Positions 18,110-29,152 of a stretch of DNA of 64,000 bases are shown piece after piece. Every line of letters starts with the position of its first letter. The first letter of the stretch is position 1. The stretch covers positions 352,001 to 416,000 of the forward strand of contig CBDCMT010000001.1 in assembly GCA_965219095.1 (NCBI GenBank), in the 5' to 3' direction. The notes below the pieces were generated by a model. That model made no database searches, was not told the DNA's origin, and saw only the letters and a program-made list of their open reading frames with translations. A program made the translations under genes and the position numbers. This DNA comes from Bdellovibrionales bacterium. Its GTDB lineage: Bacteria > Bdellovibrionota > Bdellovibrionia > Bdellovibrionales > UBA1609.

Positions 18110-18175
18110 GGAGGAGCCAACTTTCTCTTTAATGAACATTGTTCTTTGCTTTCTTTTTTCATAACTTTGTTTGTT

Positions 18176-18754
18176 CTAAAAGATATGATTACCAAGAAGA
18201 TCATGGTATTTTCTTCTTAACATTTTCTTCTTTTTAAAGATCCATTTTACAACATTTGTATTTTTGTTATCAGCCCCCGGCTCTTCAATTTCTTCAAGAA
18301 CTTCAAATATAAATTCACTATGGTGTATATCTTGAAAAGAGTAGCTTTTAAGCTCTAAAACAAAGAAAGGAGTTGATATTATGCATTTTCCATCTTCATT
18401 TCTAAAAAAACCTTTCCATTCTTCTTTTTCTTGCTTTTTATTATTAGATTCGATAGAGAAAAGATAAGGTTTTGTGAAAGGTCTAAAGATGAGTTCTTCT
18501 TCATTAGCGTGAACTAAAATCTCATATGAAGGTTTTTGTTCAAATGATTCCTTTAATTTTCCGTTTTCTATAACTTCTTGCCCCACTGTAAGGCTATAAA
18601 CACCGGGAAAAATACCAAGGGATTTATTGCAATTGAATTCTTCAAATTTAGAGACTATAAGTTCCGTAATTTTTACTCCCCTTGCCTTTGAAATGTAGGA
18701 AAATCCTGTAAACAGCAAAATAACTATCATCATATAAAATTTCTTACTTTTCAT
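18176..18754 (-). CDS. Hypothetical exported protein
   Basis: 192-aa ORF with an N-terminal signal/TM segment and GAGG upstream. Confidence 0.6.
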   Translation of the reverse strand: MKSKKFYMMIVILLFTGFSYISKARGVKITELIVSKFEEFNCNKSLGIFPGVYSLTVGQEVIENGKLKESFEQKPSYEILVHANEEELIFRPFTKPYLFSIESNNKKQEKEEWKGFFRNEDGKCIISTPFFVLELKSYSFQDIHHSEFIFEVLEEIEEPGADNKNTNVVKWIFKKKKMLRRKYHDLLGNHIF

Positions 18755-18994
18755 TTTAAACCTCTCCTCAGTATTTTGATTATTAAATTGAAAATTGCTC
18801 CTAAAAAAATTCTTTTAATCTATTCACTTCAACCCTAAAACAAGATTAATGGTATACCATAATTGGTCTCAATATGCAAGCAGTCTGGAAAGGCTTAAAA
18901 GAAAAAACTCTAATTAAAAAGGATTACAGGAGGGTTTTAAAATAATTTAAAAAACATCCTTTTACAAGAGATTTACTTTGAAAAATTTTCATTC

Positions 18995-20136
18995 TATAGT
19001 GCTTCCGTTTAGGTTTTCAGTTTCCTAAGATAGAGAAGTTATCAGTTATCAAAGTTTCTAATTTAGGCCTTTGTTTTCGTATTCCTCTAAAAAATTGACT
19101 TAAACTTCCCTTGAAATCGTCATAGTTTTCATAATATCGATTCGCCGTGACCTCTTTTTTCATAAACTTCCAAAGCCTTTCTATAGGATTTAAATTCGGT
19201 GAGTACGGAGGAAGATAAACAAGTTTTATATTCAACTCTTTCGCTAACTTCTTGACAGACTTCGATCTATTGTATCCGGCCCCATCTAAGATAAGATGAA
19301 TCTCTTTTTCATCGGAATACTTCTTAATGAATATGATAGAGCATATCACATAGAAAAACTTCGTTAACTGTCTTATAACTCCTGACTACCGTCTTCAAAC
19401 TATTGATCTCAATAGCTCCACAAACATTCACTCTTTTTCTCCAGCCTGAATTGGTCTTCACTTCAAACTTCTTACCCTCTCTTATCCAACCATATGAAAT
19501 CGTAGGGCCCCACTCAGGATGTGTGGAATCAGCAAAGTAAACAAGATCACCCTTCTTCTTAATTCTCTTGTATTTACGCACAAACTTTTTCTGCTCTTCT
19601 CTCTTTGCCTTACCCGGTATCGCTGTGGCTTTTTTATAAGAAAAACCAAGGCGATGGAGAAGATCAATTACACCACTTGTTGAGTACGTAACACCAAAAT
19701 TCTCCTCAATGAACTGAATAACGGTCTGTGATGATGGAAAAATTCTTTTCTCTAATTCCTTTAAAAGCACTTTCTCCTCTTTCTTAGTTAAAAAGGACCT
19801 TTTAGGGTTGTAATTGTCGTTGATTAAGCACTCTATCCCACCTTTGTTATAACGATCTCTACAGGCTCTTATCGTGCCCTCATCAATGAAAAGAAAGCAG
19901 GCAATATCTTTCACACAACTTACCTTTATCTAAATGGAGAATTGTCATAATCCTTTTTGCGTATTTAAGATTTTTCTCTAGAGATAGTTCATAGAGTAAA
20001 TCTTTTCGCTCTTTTTTTGATAGAAACCCTGATATATGAAACTATTTTTAAAAATAAATGACTTTTTATCAAGGCCTTAGAATAAAAACTAGACCTCAAC
20101 TCAAAAAAAACGGAAAACCTAAGCGGAAGCACTATA
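18995..20136 (-). mobile_element. IS630-family element (family A, copy 1), transposase disrupted
   Basis: TIRs TATAGTGCTTCCG(T/C)TTAGGTTTTC at both ends. ORFs 19324..19914 and 19017..19349 carry FADSTH, LILDGAGY and YSPNLNPIER. Start is ATA (20033-20035) where copy 2 has ATG. Confidence 0.92.
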
Positions 20137-22164
20137 TATCAATTCCAAAAAATAATTCGATATTTTTCAATAAATCAAAAAGCAAATAAACTTCCTTCTA
20201 TCTAATGTTCTATATGATGGCTTAAACCGATGACCTCTCTTGCTTTAGGAGGAGTACTTTTTTCTTGAAAGAGACTTAGTTTGCTGTAACCTAATTAAAA
20301 GGTAACTGTTCACTTAAATTCTAGTAATTTTAATGTTTAGAGAGGTATTCAGTAGCCATGTCAACGAAGGATAGATTCTGTTTTTTGGCCGTTCGAGCGA
20401 CACTCATCATAACCTCTTGGTTATGTGCTCCCTGTTCTGAGCGATTGCAATAAGAGATTTTTCTCATAAGTACAGCAGGCCTAATTTCCCTCTCTCCATA
20501 ATTGTTAGTGGGGTCTACTCCAGTCTTAATGAAAGTATAAATTTCATCTCGATATTTGACCAAACGTTTACAAAGCCTTTGTAAGTCATGGCTTCTGTAT
20601 TTTTTTGATACCCATTTTCCTGTATCATGCATAAGCAGTTTGTATTTTCGATCGATATTCTCTTTACTTTCATATTCATTTTGCAACCTTTTTCCCCTCT
20701 TGAAAAAAAGTTTGGCTCTCTTAGAAAACTGAGCAATTTCTTTGCTTCTAGGATGTTTTTCTTTTAGCCCATGAAGCTCCCTTAAAAGATGGGGCCAACA
20801 TTTTTGCTTTTGACAGTCAATCTTGTTATAGACAGCATAAAAATCTGAAACTAAAACTCCACGAAAAACTTCTCCAAGAACATTTTTAACCACATCTTGC
20901 GAACGAGTTTGACCTAAAATCCCGTTAAGTTATAACTAGGATTTTGACAAAATCTTATAAGTGCTTAAAAATACGGTGATTTTTTTAATTTTTTTCTTGC
21001 AATCTCTTTTTCCATGGTTATAATTATAACTATGAGTTACAGAGTCGAGCAAAAAATTAAAGGAAAAATTTACGTTTATGAAGTCAAGAGCTTTTGGGAT
21101 AAATCCAAGCAACAAGCAAGACAAAAAAGAACTTATCTTGGACGCAAGGATGAAAAAACAGGCAAAATTGTTTTAACTTCTAAAAACTCTATTGTTCCTA
21201 AAGGTTCCTATAAATTTGGCAGTTTTTTTCTACTTAAAAATCTATCTGATCAAATTAATTTAACAAAAGTTCTAAAAAAAGTTTTTCCATACGATTACAA
21301 AAAATACCTTTCTGTTGTATTTTACAAAGTGATCCAAGCTGATCCTTACTATTTATACACGCTATGGGAAGAGGAAACCTATACTTTTTCCAATATTGGG
21401 CTTGATTCCCAGAGAATAAGTGAGATGCTCTTGGATATTGGAAAAAATGAAAAGCAAATTGAAGTGTTTTTTAGCAATTGGATTAATGAGCAGGACAATA
21501 AATATTCAGTTATGTTTGATATTTCATCCATTTCTTCTTATTTTAAAAATAACGAACTAGTTGAACGTGGCTATAACCGTGACAAGGAGAATCTCGGTCA
21601 AACAAATTTAGGGATTATCAGTAGACGTGGGAAAAACTCTATTCAACTACCTTTAGCTTATAGAATATATCCTGGAAGTATATCGGATGTAGTAACTTTA
21701 AAAAACATAATTAAACTGATTAAGTACTATAAACTTAATGTTAATTATTTTGTTATGGATAGAGGTTTTTATAGTAAGGAAAATATACGAGAAATGAATA
21801 ACAAAGAGCTAAAATTCCTCCTACCACTGGTCTTTACAACACGAAAAGCAAAACAATTAGTTTATGATTTTGATGAAGAAATCAGCAAACCTATTTGCTC
21901 TTTTTTATACAATGAAAATGTTTACTCTCATGTAAGGACTAAGGTAGAAATAAATGGAGTTATATGTGTAGCACATATTTTTTTAGATAAAGAAAGAAGA
22001 GCAAGGGAGGAGAGTTTGTTGATAAGAAAAATGTCATATTTGGAATCAATTTTTTCAGAGAAGGGTTTTAAAGATGAAATAAGTGCCGAAGAATATATTA
22101 AAGAAACAATGAAGTCAAAGAGAAGATTCTTTAAAGTAAAGAAGAGAAACAAAAGGGTTACTAT

Positions 22165-24089
22165 CCTGAAATCTGTTAATTTTGGTACTAGGTTTTTATT
22201 CGGCCCTCGTAATGCGTCGCATTAGTCAGAGGGGATTTTACAACTTAAAGCTGTGTGGGATTTCCCGAGTCACATTAAAAGCTTTATAAAGGCTCTTTTG
22301 CTTACCGGACAACTCTCCTAATCTTGTTTGTCCTGTGGCCAATTTATAGAACTTTAATTTATCTAAAATTTTATAGACCTCTGTTTTTGAAAATTTCTTG
22401 TACAGATTCTTTTCTTTCATCACATTGTTTATGTGAGAGATTAAAATTAAAGCTATAAAGTTAATAAATAAACTTCCTCTCATGGTTTGTAGCGAATGAG
22501 TCCTCGCTCGCTTTTCATTTATATCATGCTTGAAAGACAAAAAAATCTTTTCAATGCTATCTTTGTTTCTATACAAATCTAAGATCTCATCTTTTGAAAG
22601 CTTTTGATCGCAATCGGTAAGTAAAATCAACACACCCATTTTTCGCATCTGCTTTTTAATATAATCCAAATCTTTCGAAATAAAAAAACCTCCCTTTTTC
22701 TTGACAACTGTAAAGCGCTTCTTGGCACTCTTTAAGGTTTCTGCTATGCACTCATCGCACTCTTTCTTTGTCCTAAATTTCTTCTTAGAAAATCTTCGCT
22801 CAAAACAATCCAACTTCAATAGCATTTCATTTTTTTTAGACACCCTTCTCTTTTCATCCAAATATATATGAGCCATACAACGAGTCTTTCCAATTTTAAT
22901 TTCTCGTTTGCAGTAAGAATAAACTTGACCACGGAATACAAACGAAGAGGGAATTGAATCAAGCTCCTTACTCACAGATCCCAATAAAGCATGGGATAGA
23001 CTCGTACTAAAGCTCATAGGGACGATATACGATGAAGCCTCCCTGTTTAAATCTTTTATGTTTTCTTGGCTGTAAAACCCTTTATCTAAAACAAAACACT
23101 TCAAATCTAAATCGTATTCCTTGGCTAACTGTAACACGCTCCTTAATGACACAACATCAGTAATACTGCCCGGATACAATCGATAACCCAAAGGAAGGCT
23201 TGAACTTCCTTTGCCTAAACCTTCCTTGCTCTGACTTAAAACTCCTAAATTGACTTGATCCAAAGACTCACCATCTCGATTATAACCCCTTTCTAAAAAC
23301 TCATTCTCAACACCATAAGAAGATATAGATGTAATATCAAACATAAAAACTCTGGAGCTTTCTCTGTGTACACCAATCCACTCCATAAAAAATCTCTCCA
23401 CTCTCTGCTCGTCTAAACCTATAGATAAAAGAAAATTACTTATGTCCGGTGAATTAAGACAATTCTTGGAAGAAACAAAGGATTCTTGACACCAATACGG
23501 ATAAAGATAATAAGCTTCCCCCCTAATCACTTTAAAAAAAGACAAATAAAGAACCTTCTCATATTCTTTCGGAAAAACTTTCTTTAACACCTTCACTAAA
23601 TTTAATTGCTTGCTGATCTCTCGCAAAAGATGCACCCCCCCAACACCTACAGAACCTATAGGATGTTTGTTCAACTTGGCTTCAAGCTTCCCCGTAGATT
23701 GATTCTTCTTGCCCAAATAAACTCTTCTCTGACGAGATTGTTTTTTTTCTTTGTCCCAGTAACTGCTTATCTCATACACATAGATGCTTCCATTTCTTTT
23801 CTCTTCATACCTATAAGACATAGTTCAAATTGAACTATGTTTTAGGGGCTTTGTCAACTCCCTGTTGATGGCTCAAAACTCTTAACGACAGGATCAAATT
23901 TCAATCCAAAAACAGAGCCTATGAAAAACATAGCTTTAAAAAGACCTATAAAAATAGTGTGTTATAAGTTCTCCAGAAAAACTCAATGAGACTAAATTAA
24001 CTCGTTCTTATGATTTATCAGGAGTATTCTGTTGAAAAAAAACAGGCTCTTAGTCCTGAAACCTAGTACCAAAATTAACAGATTTCAGG
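22165..24089 (-). mobile_element. IS1634-like element b, apparently intact
   Basis: 31-bp TIR CCTGAAATCTGTTAATTTTGGTACTAGGTTT and 6-bp TSD TACTAT (22159-22164, 24090-24095). Confidence 0.92.
22238..23821 (-). CDS. IS1634-like DDE transposase
   Basis: MFDITSISSY, GYNRD, VLDKGFYS, YRNKDSIEKIF; 527 aa uninterrupted. Confidence 0.9.
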   Translation of the reverse strand: MSYRYEEKRNGSIYVYEISSYWDKEKKQSRQRRVYLGKKNQSTGKLEAKLNKHPIGSVGVGGVHLLREISKQLNLVKVLKKVFPKEYEKVLYLSFFKVIRGEAYYLYPYWCQESFVSSKNCLNSPDISNFLLSIGLDEQRVERFFMEWIGVHRESSRVFMFDITSISSYGVENEFLERGYNRDGESLDQVNLGVLSQSKEGLGKGSSSLPLGYRLYPGSITDVVSLRSVLQLAKEYDLDLKCFVLDKGFYSQENIKDLNREASSYIVPMSFSTSLSHALLGSVSKELDSIPSSFVFRGQVYSYCKREIKIGKTRCMAHIYLDEKRRVSKKNEMLLKLDCFERRFSKKKFRTKKECDECIAETLKSAKKRFTVVKKKGGFFISKDLDYIKKQMRKMGVLILLTDCDQKLSKDEILDLYRNKDSIEKIFLSFKHDINEKRARTHSLQTMRGSLFINFIALILISHINNVMKEKNLYKKFSKTEVYKILDKLKFYKLATGQTRLGELSGKQKSLYKAFNVTREIPHSFKL

Positions 24090-25246
24090 TACTATAGAAA
24101 GAGATGAAGTTTTCCTCAAAGAGGCAGTTATGCAAATGGGAAAGTTTATTTTTATTACAAATGAAAGGGGTTTAGATCGGAAGGATGTGTTATCGCTTTA
24201 TCGTAGTAGAGATGGGATAGAAAGATTATTTAGATCTTTTAAGCACGATATTCTTGAAAAAAGGAGTAGGGTAAAATCATCCACTTCAATGAAGGGAAGT
24301 GTTTTTATAAACTTTTTAGCTTTGATTTTAATTTCTCATATTGATAAGATTATGAATCAGGAAAAGTTGTACAAAAAAGTTACTAAAAAGGAGTTATTTA
24401 GAACACTTGATCAACTTAAAGTTTACCATCTTGCAAATGATAAGATCATTTTAGCCGAAGTATCAAAACGTCAAAAAGAAATTTTTTCGGCGTTTAAATT
24501 GTTGAAAAAGCTCAAACCTAGTTATAACTCAACGGGATTTTAGGGTTTGATCAATCTTATAAAATGACACATCATCATTTGAAAAACTCCAGAGCCAATG
24601 ACTGTTCCCATTCACTCTCCATCCTGTCTCATCAGCATGCAAATGCCCCTGCTCCGATAATACGGACTTGATATCCTCGTAAGCCCCCTCAAACTTCCTT
24701 GCCGTACGACTTATAATCTCTGACAAAACACCACGACTGATTTCCATACCATATTGATCAGACAAAAGATTTTTTATTTTACCAAAACTTAAACCCAACT
24801 CATATTTCCAATAACACACTTGAGCATGAAACTTAAGACCATAAAGACTCGCTCCCAACTTATCATTCACAGAAACCTCCTTGTTACAACAACTGCACCA
24901 ACTCCAGCCTACAATGTGTTTCGTGGTGATGACTTGACTTACAGGTGGTAAATCCACCTGATAGTGAACATGCCACTTATGAGAGGGAGGAAGATCAGAG
25001 TCACATTTACTACAAACCAGTGGAGTCCAAGTGGTCTCCTGATCCGCTTCCTCAGGCCTTTTTCTTCGATGAACTTTATGACCCTTTTTAGGACCCTTCT
25101 TTTTTCCTTTTTTAAGGCTTCCATCTGGATTTTTATTCTTGTTCTTTTTGGCCCACTTAGGAAGCTTGCGTATTGATTGAAGCTCCTCTTTTAGCTTCTC
25201 ATTTTCTTTTTTAAAATGTTCATTATCTTTTTTTAAACGCTTGCGC

Positions 25247-25321
25247 TCTTCTTCTAAATGCTTGTAATCTTCTTCTAAATGCTCATGCTCTTCTTCTAAA
25301 TGCTTGTAATCTTTTTCTAAA
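25247..25321. repeat. 21-bp tandem repeat (about 3.5 units) encoding heptads in the IS66 transposase N-terminus
   Basis: TCTTCTTCTAAATGCTTGTAA units encoding LEEDYKH/LEEEHEH. Confidence 0.85.
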
Positions 25322-25355
25322 CATTTTATTTCTTTTTGTGCTTTCTTAAGCACTA

Positions 25356-25507
25356 TATAGTCCTTTCCGTTTAAGTTTTTAGAATCTAAAGGAAGAATTA
25401 TCATATGAAACTATTTTTTAAAACAAATGACGATTTATCAATACTTTTGAATAAAAACTAGACCCTAACTCAAAAAATCTGAAAATCTAAACGAAAAACA
25501 TCATATA
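25356..25507 (-). mobile_element. Degenerate internally deleted IS630-A derivative (MITE-like)
   Basis: Matches the IS630-A left end through its ATG, then ATGATAATTCTTCCTTTAGAT (cf. ATGACAATTCTCCATTTAGAT), then a degenerate right TIR. Confidence 0.7.
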
Positions 25508-25577
25508 GTGCTTCCGTTTAGGTTTTCATGTTTTTTCTCTAAAGAATCGACCGGAAAATCTAAGCGTATTCACTATA
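25504..25577. mobile_element. About 74-bp IS630-type MITE, copy 1
   Basis: TATAGTGCTTCCGTTTAGGTTTTC...GAAAATCTAAGCGTATTCACTATA; near-identical inverted copy at 48446-48519. Confidence 0.85.
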
Positions 25578-25917
25578 TAACATTATAGGCATAGGAGCTT
25601 TTAGTGAAATTTCAACAATTTACTAGAATTTTTCTGAACAGTTACGTTAAAAGACTTAATAGGAGAGTCAATAGGGGTGGCTTTATTTTTAGTTATTTAG
25701 AAAAAGATCTTAAGGAGCTAGGCCCTTTTGAAGCTAGGGATAAGAAAACTCAAACAGTCATTTTGAATGCAAACAACAAAAAAAGATCCAGTAACCTCTT
25801 AGTGAGGCAAGTCGAGGGTCGAGAATGTTTTTTTTTGATACATTCTGTGTTTTTTTACTTGAATCTCAGTTATAATAAAATTAACAAAATTAAAAACCTT
25901 AAACATAGGAATTTTTC

Positions 25918-26253
25918 ATGAAATACATAAAATATAGTTTGTTATTTATTTTTATATTAGCTTGTGATGAAGTGTTTTCTTGCTCTGGATTATTAAGGAC
26001 AAAAGACCATATTTCTCATTCATGTGATTCTTCTTCAGAATCTTGTTCTTTACAGGATCAGTCCTCCAACAAACTTGCTGGTTATTTTAATTCTCGCATG
26101 AGAATGATTCAAAGAGCAAAAGACCGAGGTATTGCTTCTGAAAACTACAAAAAATGTGTGGATTCTAATCCTGAAAACCTTTCCCTTGATGAACTTGTAA
26201 AACAGTGTAAAAGACAAATGGCTGAAGATGTAAAACTTCGCCCTAAAAACTAA
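25918..26253 (+). CDS. Small exported Cys-containing hypothetical protein
   Basis: Signal-like N-terminus, 111 aa, AGGA upstream. Confidence 0.55.
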   Translation: MKYIKYSLLFIFILACDEVFSCSGLLRTKDHISHSCDSSSESCSLQDQSSNKLAGYFNSRMRMIQRAKDRGIASENYKKCVDSNPENLSLDELVKQCKRQMAEDVKLRPKN

Positions 26254-26271
26254 GGTTTTTAAATTGGGTTC

Positions 26272-27210
26272 TTATAATAAGCCTTGTTTCTTACTCCATT
26301 CAAGAGAGTCTTGAAGAGCTTTTCTGGAAGATTGGGGCAAAAAACTTAATTCTTTTTTGGCTTTAGAATGATCAAAAAAGTGGTAAAGAGTTGAGATTGT
26401 AGCCACCTCTTTGTTCATAAGACCTATGCTTCCCATCAGTTTTAAAATGGGTTTAGGTAAATACAAACGAGGCGGAGAAACCGATGAAAGAGAAGCTATC
26501 GTTTTAAAAAGTTCTTTAATGGTAAGGTTGTCTCCTGATAAAATATAACGTTCCCCTTTGACTCCTTTTTCAAAAGCTTTTAAGGTTGCTTGAATGACAT
26601 CTTTAATATGTACAATACTCACTCCTCCTGGTGTATAAAACAAAAAACGTCCTTGTGCCACTTTAAGTTGTATCCTACGGCTTTGTTTTGTGGAATCGCG
26701 AGGGCCATAAATTGTGGAAGGATTTAAAATGACTGCATTTAGGCCGGAGTTTCTCACTAAATCTTCAGCTTTTTTCTTTGTATCAAAATAGCCTAGAGAT
26801 AGGTGGCCTATGTTATAGGAAGAGTTTTCGTTTAAAATGTCAGAAGGATGAAATCCTGCTCCTATGGCTGCTACAGAACTGAAATGGACAAAGCGCTCAA
26901 GGTTTGTGGTTTTTTTCACAGCTTCTATAAGGTTATAAGTGCCTTCTACATTAACTTTTTCCATAAGTTCAGTTTGTCCATAACCTACAAGGCCTCCTAG
27001 ATGAAAAACCACTTTTTGTCCTATAAGAGCTTTTTCTAAGCTTTTAGGATCATTAAGATCACCTAAAACGAGCTTTACTTTTAAGTGCTTCACAAGGTTT
27101 AAATTACTTGTTTTTCTGTAAAGTAAAGAAACTTCAAACCCTTTTTTTACGAGAAACTCTGTAAGCCAAGATCCAACAAAACCTGTTCCACCTGTAATAA
27201 AAGCCTTCAT
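26272..27210 (-). CDS. NAD-dependent epimerase/dehydratase (dihydroflavonol-reductase-like SDR)
   Basis: MKAFITGGTGFVG, HFSS, YFDTK (YxxxK), NPSTIYGP; likely start ATG at 27210. Confidence 0.88.
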   Translation of the reverse strand: MKAFITGGTGFVGSWLTEFLVKKGFEVSLLYRKTSNLNLVKHLKVKLVLGDLNDPKSLEKALIGQKVVFHLGGLVGYGQTELMEKVNVEGTYNLIEAVKKTTNLERFVHFSSVAAIGAGFHPSDILNENSSYNIGHLSLGYFDTKKKAEDLVRNSGLNAVILNPSTIYGPRDSTKQSRRIQLKVAQGRFLFYTPGGVSIVHIKDVIQATLKAFEKGVKGERYILSGDNLTIKELFKTIASLSSVSPPRLYLPKPILKLMGSIGLMNKEVATISTLYHFFDHSKAKKELSFLPQSSRKALQDSLEWSKKQGLL

Positions 27211-27359
27211 AAATATCTTATACAAGATGTTTAATTTTTCGACAAGTGACAATTTTTATCTGCCCTTTTTTGTCATAATCCTTGTGAGAAAGGATTTTTA
27301 GGGCCTAAAAGTTGGCATGTTTCTTGAATGTCTCTTATTTTAGAAGGAAGAATTAAATT

Positions 27360-27926
27360 ATGAAGTACAGATTTTTTTCTATTATAATATGGTTTTTTTG
27401 GGGAGGATTAGGATTGTTTATGGTTAATTGTTCCAATCACCAAAGAGAAAATATCTATGCCACATCTCCTGATGGCTTTTATTGTGAGTACAATGGAAAT
27501 CGTTATTCGAAGACACAATCTGGCATTCATTACGATAGGTTTTGTGAAAGATTTGATCATCCTGTAGAAAGGAACAAATGCTATGCAGACAGAATGAATA
27601 TTAATTATTATCGTTCTTTTCATAACTGTAATTATACCAATGATCTTTTGCGAAGATATCCAAATCACCTTTATCCTTATTCTAGAAATGTAAAGTGCAG
27701 AGAAAAGCACTTCTTAGGAGGTATTGGGGTGGCTAGATTTTGTATTAATACTGGTTTTAGAGCACATTTAAGCACCCATGCACCAGGAAGTAATAGAGGA
27801 GCAAGGTGTAGTCTTGATAGATACCATCAGCCTGACTGCCATTGTGTACCCCTTTACCATGTTGATCCTCTAGCTCCTGTTCTTGATGTCAACCATTTCT
27901 CACAAGTTCAAGGCATTTGCCTTTAG
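27360..27926 (+). CDS. Cys-rich putative lipoprotein
   Basis: Hydrophobic leader ending FMVNC; about 11 Cys. Confidence 0.6.
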   Translation: MKYRFFSIIIWFFWGGLGLFMVNCSNHQRENIYATSPDGFYCEYNGNRYSKTQSGIHYDRFCERFDHPVERNKCYADRMNINYYRSFHNCNYTNDLLRRYPNHLYPYSRNVKCREKHFLGGIGVARFCINTGFRAHLSTHAPGSNRGARCSLDRYHQPDCHCVPLYHVDPLAPVLDVNHFSQVQGICL

Positions 27927-28159
27927 TCCTGCTTCTCAATTAAGACATATTTTGTTTTGATTCAAAGTATTTAAAGATTCTATGAGCTTTAAAGAATTCT
28001 TATAAATGGCTCGTGAACTTTTGTAAGTTCTTAGAATCATTAAAAAATTTAAAAGGAAATAATAAAATTAACAACTTAGCCGTCACTGTCTATCTTAAAA
28101 TTTCCTGAAAGTTCTCTAAGGTTCCTTCATTTTTTACTCTGAACTCAATCTAAACAAAC

Positions 28160-28207
28160 GCCTCCTCAAAAGAACCTTCGGGAACCCACAGATTCTTTTG
28201 AGGAGGC
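28160..28207. mobile_element. 48-bp MITE/hairpin with 15-bp TIR GCCTCCTCAAAAGAA
   Basis: Perfect 15-bp inverted arms; the same end occurs at 18081 and 59603. Confidence 0.7.
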
Positions 28208-28272
28208 AAAATTTTTAAAACTATAATAGTTTTTGCTATGTTTTTTCAAGGTACAGCTTTTACTCAAAATTC

Positions 28273-28915
28273 GAGGATGTCCGTAATCCCGTTAGGGTTT
28301 CAGAAGGGACTTTTTCATAATTAAGCTATCTCCATTTGTTTTTCAAGGGTTATTTTATTTATTTCTTCTATAAATAGAGGGATTTGTTTATGTCCCCTGA
28401 TAGTGCGAAATTTTTTCTCGACATGTAACAAGGAAGCTGCGACCCATAAGGAGATTTGTCGAGGATTTTTTTTCCAATTCTTCACTCTTCCTGTTTGTTG
28501 ACGAACGATAGAGAAGGCACTTTCTATTGGGTTCGTAGAGCTTAAAGTCTTTCGTAAAAGAGGAGGAGTTTTTAAACGAAGGACTGTCAATGTTTCTAAA
28601 TGGGCTTCTTTAAGACTTTCTGAAGCTTCAGAGCTTATTTTTTTAAGCCACTTCAGAAGACTATCATGTTCTTTTTTAGCACTTTCATAATCTTCCAATC
28701 CATGAAGTTTTTTCCAACGTCTTTTAAACTCTAAGTGCTTTTCTTTGGGAAGATAGGAGAGGATATTCCTCTCCTTATGATGAATGCATCTTTGAACCAA
28801 AGAGTTCTGTCCAAAAACATCATTGATGGATTTGCGAAGAGCTTTGCTTCCGTCAGTCACAAACAGTTTTTTGCTATCTTGTGGAAGACCACGTTCTATA
28901 AGATTTTGCAAGAGG
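28273..28915 (-). mobile_element. IS256-family remnant (transposase C-terminal half and right end)
   Basis: VTDGSKAL, QRCIHHKERN, STNPIES. End GAGGATGTCC at 28273 resembles the IS256 end at 38867. Confidence 0.85.
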
Positions 28916-29151
28916 TGAACTTCCCCCTGTTTCTTGAATCGATTTTCCGTCTTGCATATGCTGCAAAGCTTGGAGTTTTATCTTGATATTGGGATTTCTT
29001 TCCACTTTGTAAGTAGCCAGAAAATCATACCCTTGAATCTGTGTAACTAAATCTTTTTTCGACATGACTCTAAAAATTTAACAGAGTTTTATCAGAAAGC
29101 CATGATGCAATGCGTTAAAAGAATGTCGAATTAATTTTTGGAAATGGTATT
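28916..29151 (-). mobile_element. 19-bp IS3 end fragment plus 5' remnant of a second IS630-type element (family B)
   Basis: TGAACTTCCCCCTGTTTCT matches the IS3 end at 42154. HTH-like start MSKKDL...KIKLQALQHMQDGKSIQE. End ...GAATTAATTTTTGGAAATGGTA resembles 20135-20160 and 59551-59582. Confidence 0.6.
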
Positions 29152-29152
29152 A

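Larger units (their letters stand above)
20913..24544 (+). mobile_element. IS1634-like (IS4-superfamily) element a, interrupted by element b
   Basis: 28-bp TIR CCTAAAATCCCGTT(A/G)AGTTATAACTAGG and 6-bp TSD GTTTGA (20907-20912, 24545-24550). Transposase halves 21014..22164 and 24090..24543. Confidence 0.9.
20302..25355 (-). mobile_element. IS66-family element (single-ORF type), split by an IS1634-like insertion, 5' end lost
   Basis: End GTAACTGTTCAC at 20302. Halves 24529..25404 (HADETGW) and 20330..20893 (SDFYAVY, TNNYGEREIR) rejoin as KIDQTRSQDVVKNV after removing 20913-24550. Confidence 0.9.

Noticed and set aside
25604..25921. 105-aa ORF, or tmRNA-like GCAAACAAC tag
   Set aside because: No recognisable motif, no tmRNA ends and no short tag ending in a stop; cannot be supported.
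27313..27328. Sigma-54-like promoter TGGCAT-N5-TTGAA; also sigma-28/54-like motifs at 52795-52843
   Set aside because: Each deviates at a conserved position or in spacing, and AT-rich DNA gives chance matches; not supportable without TSS data.
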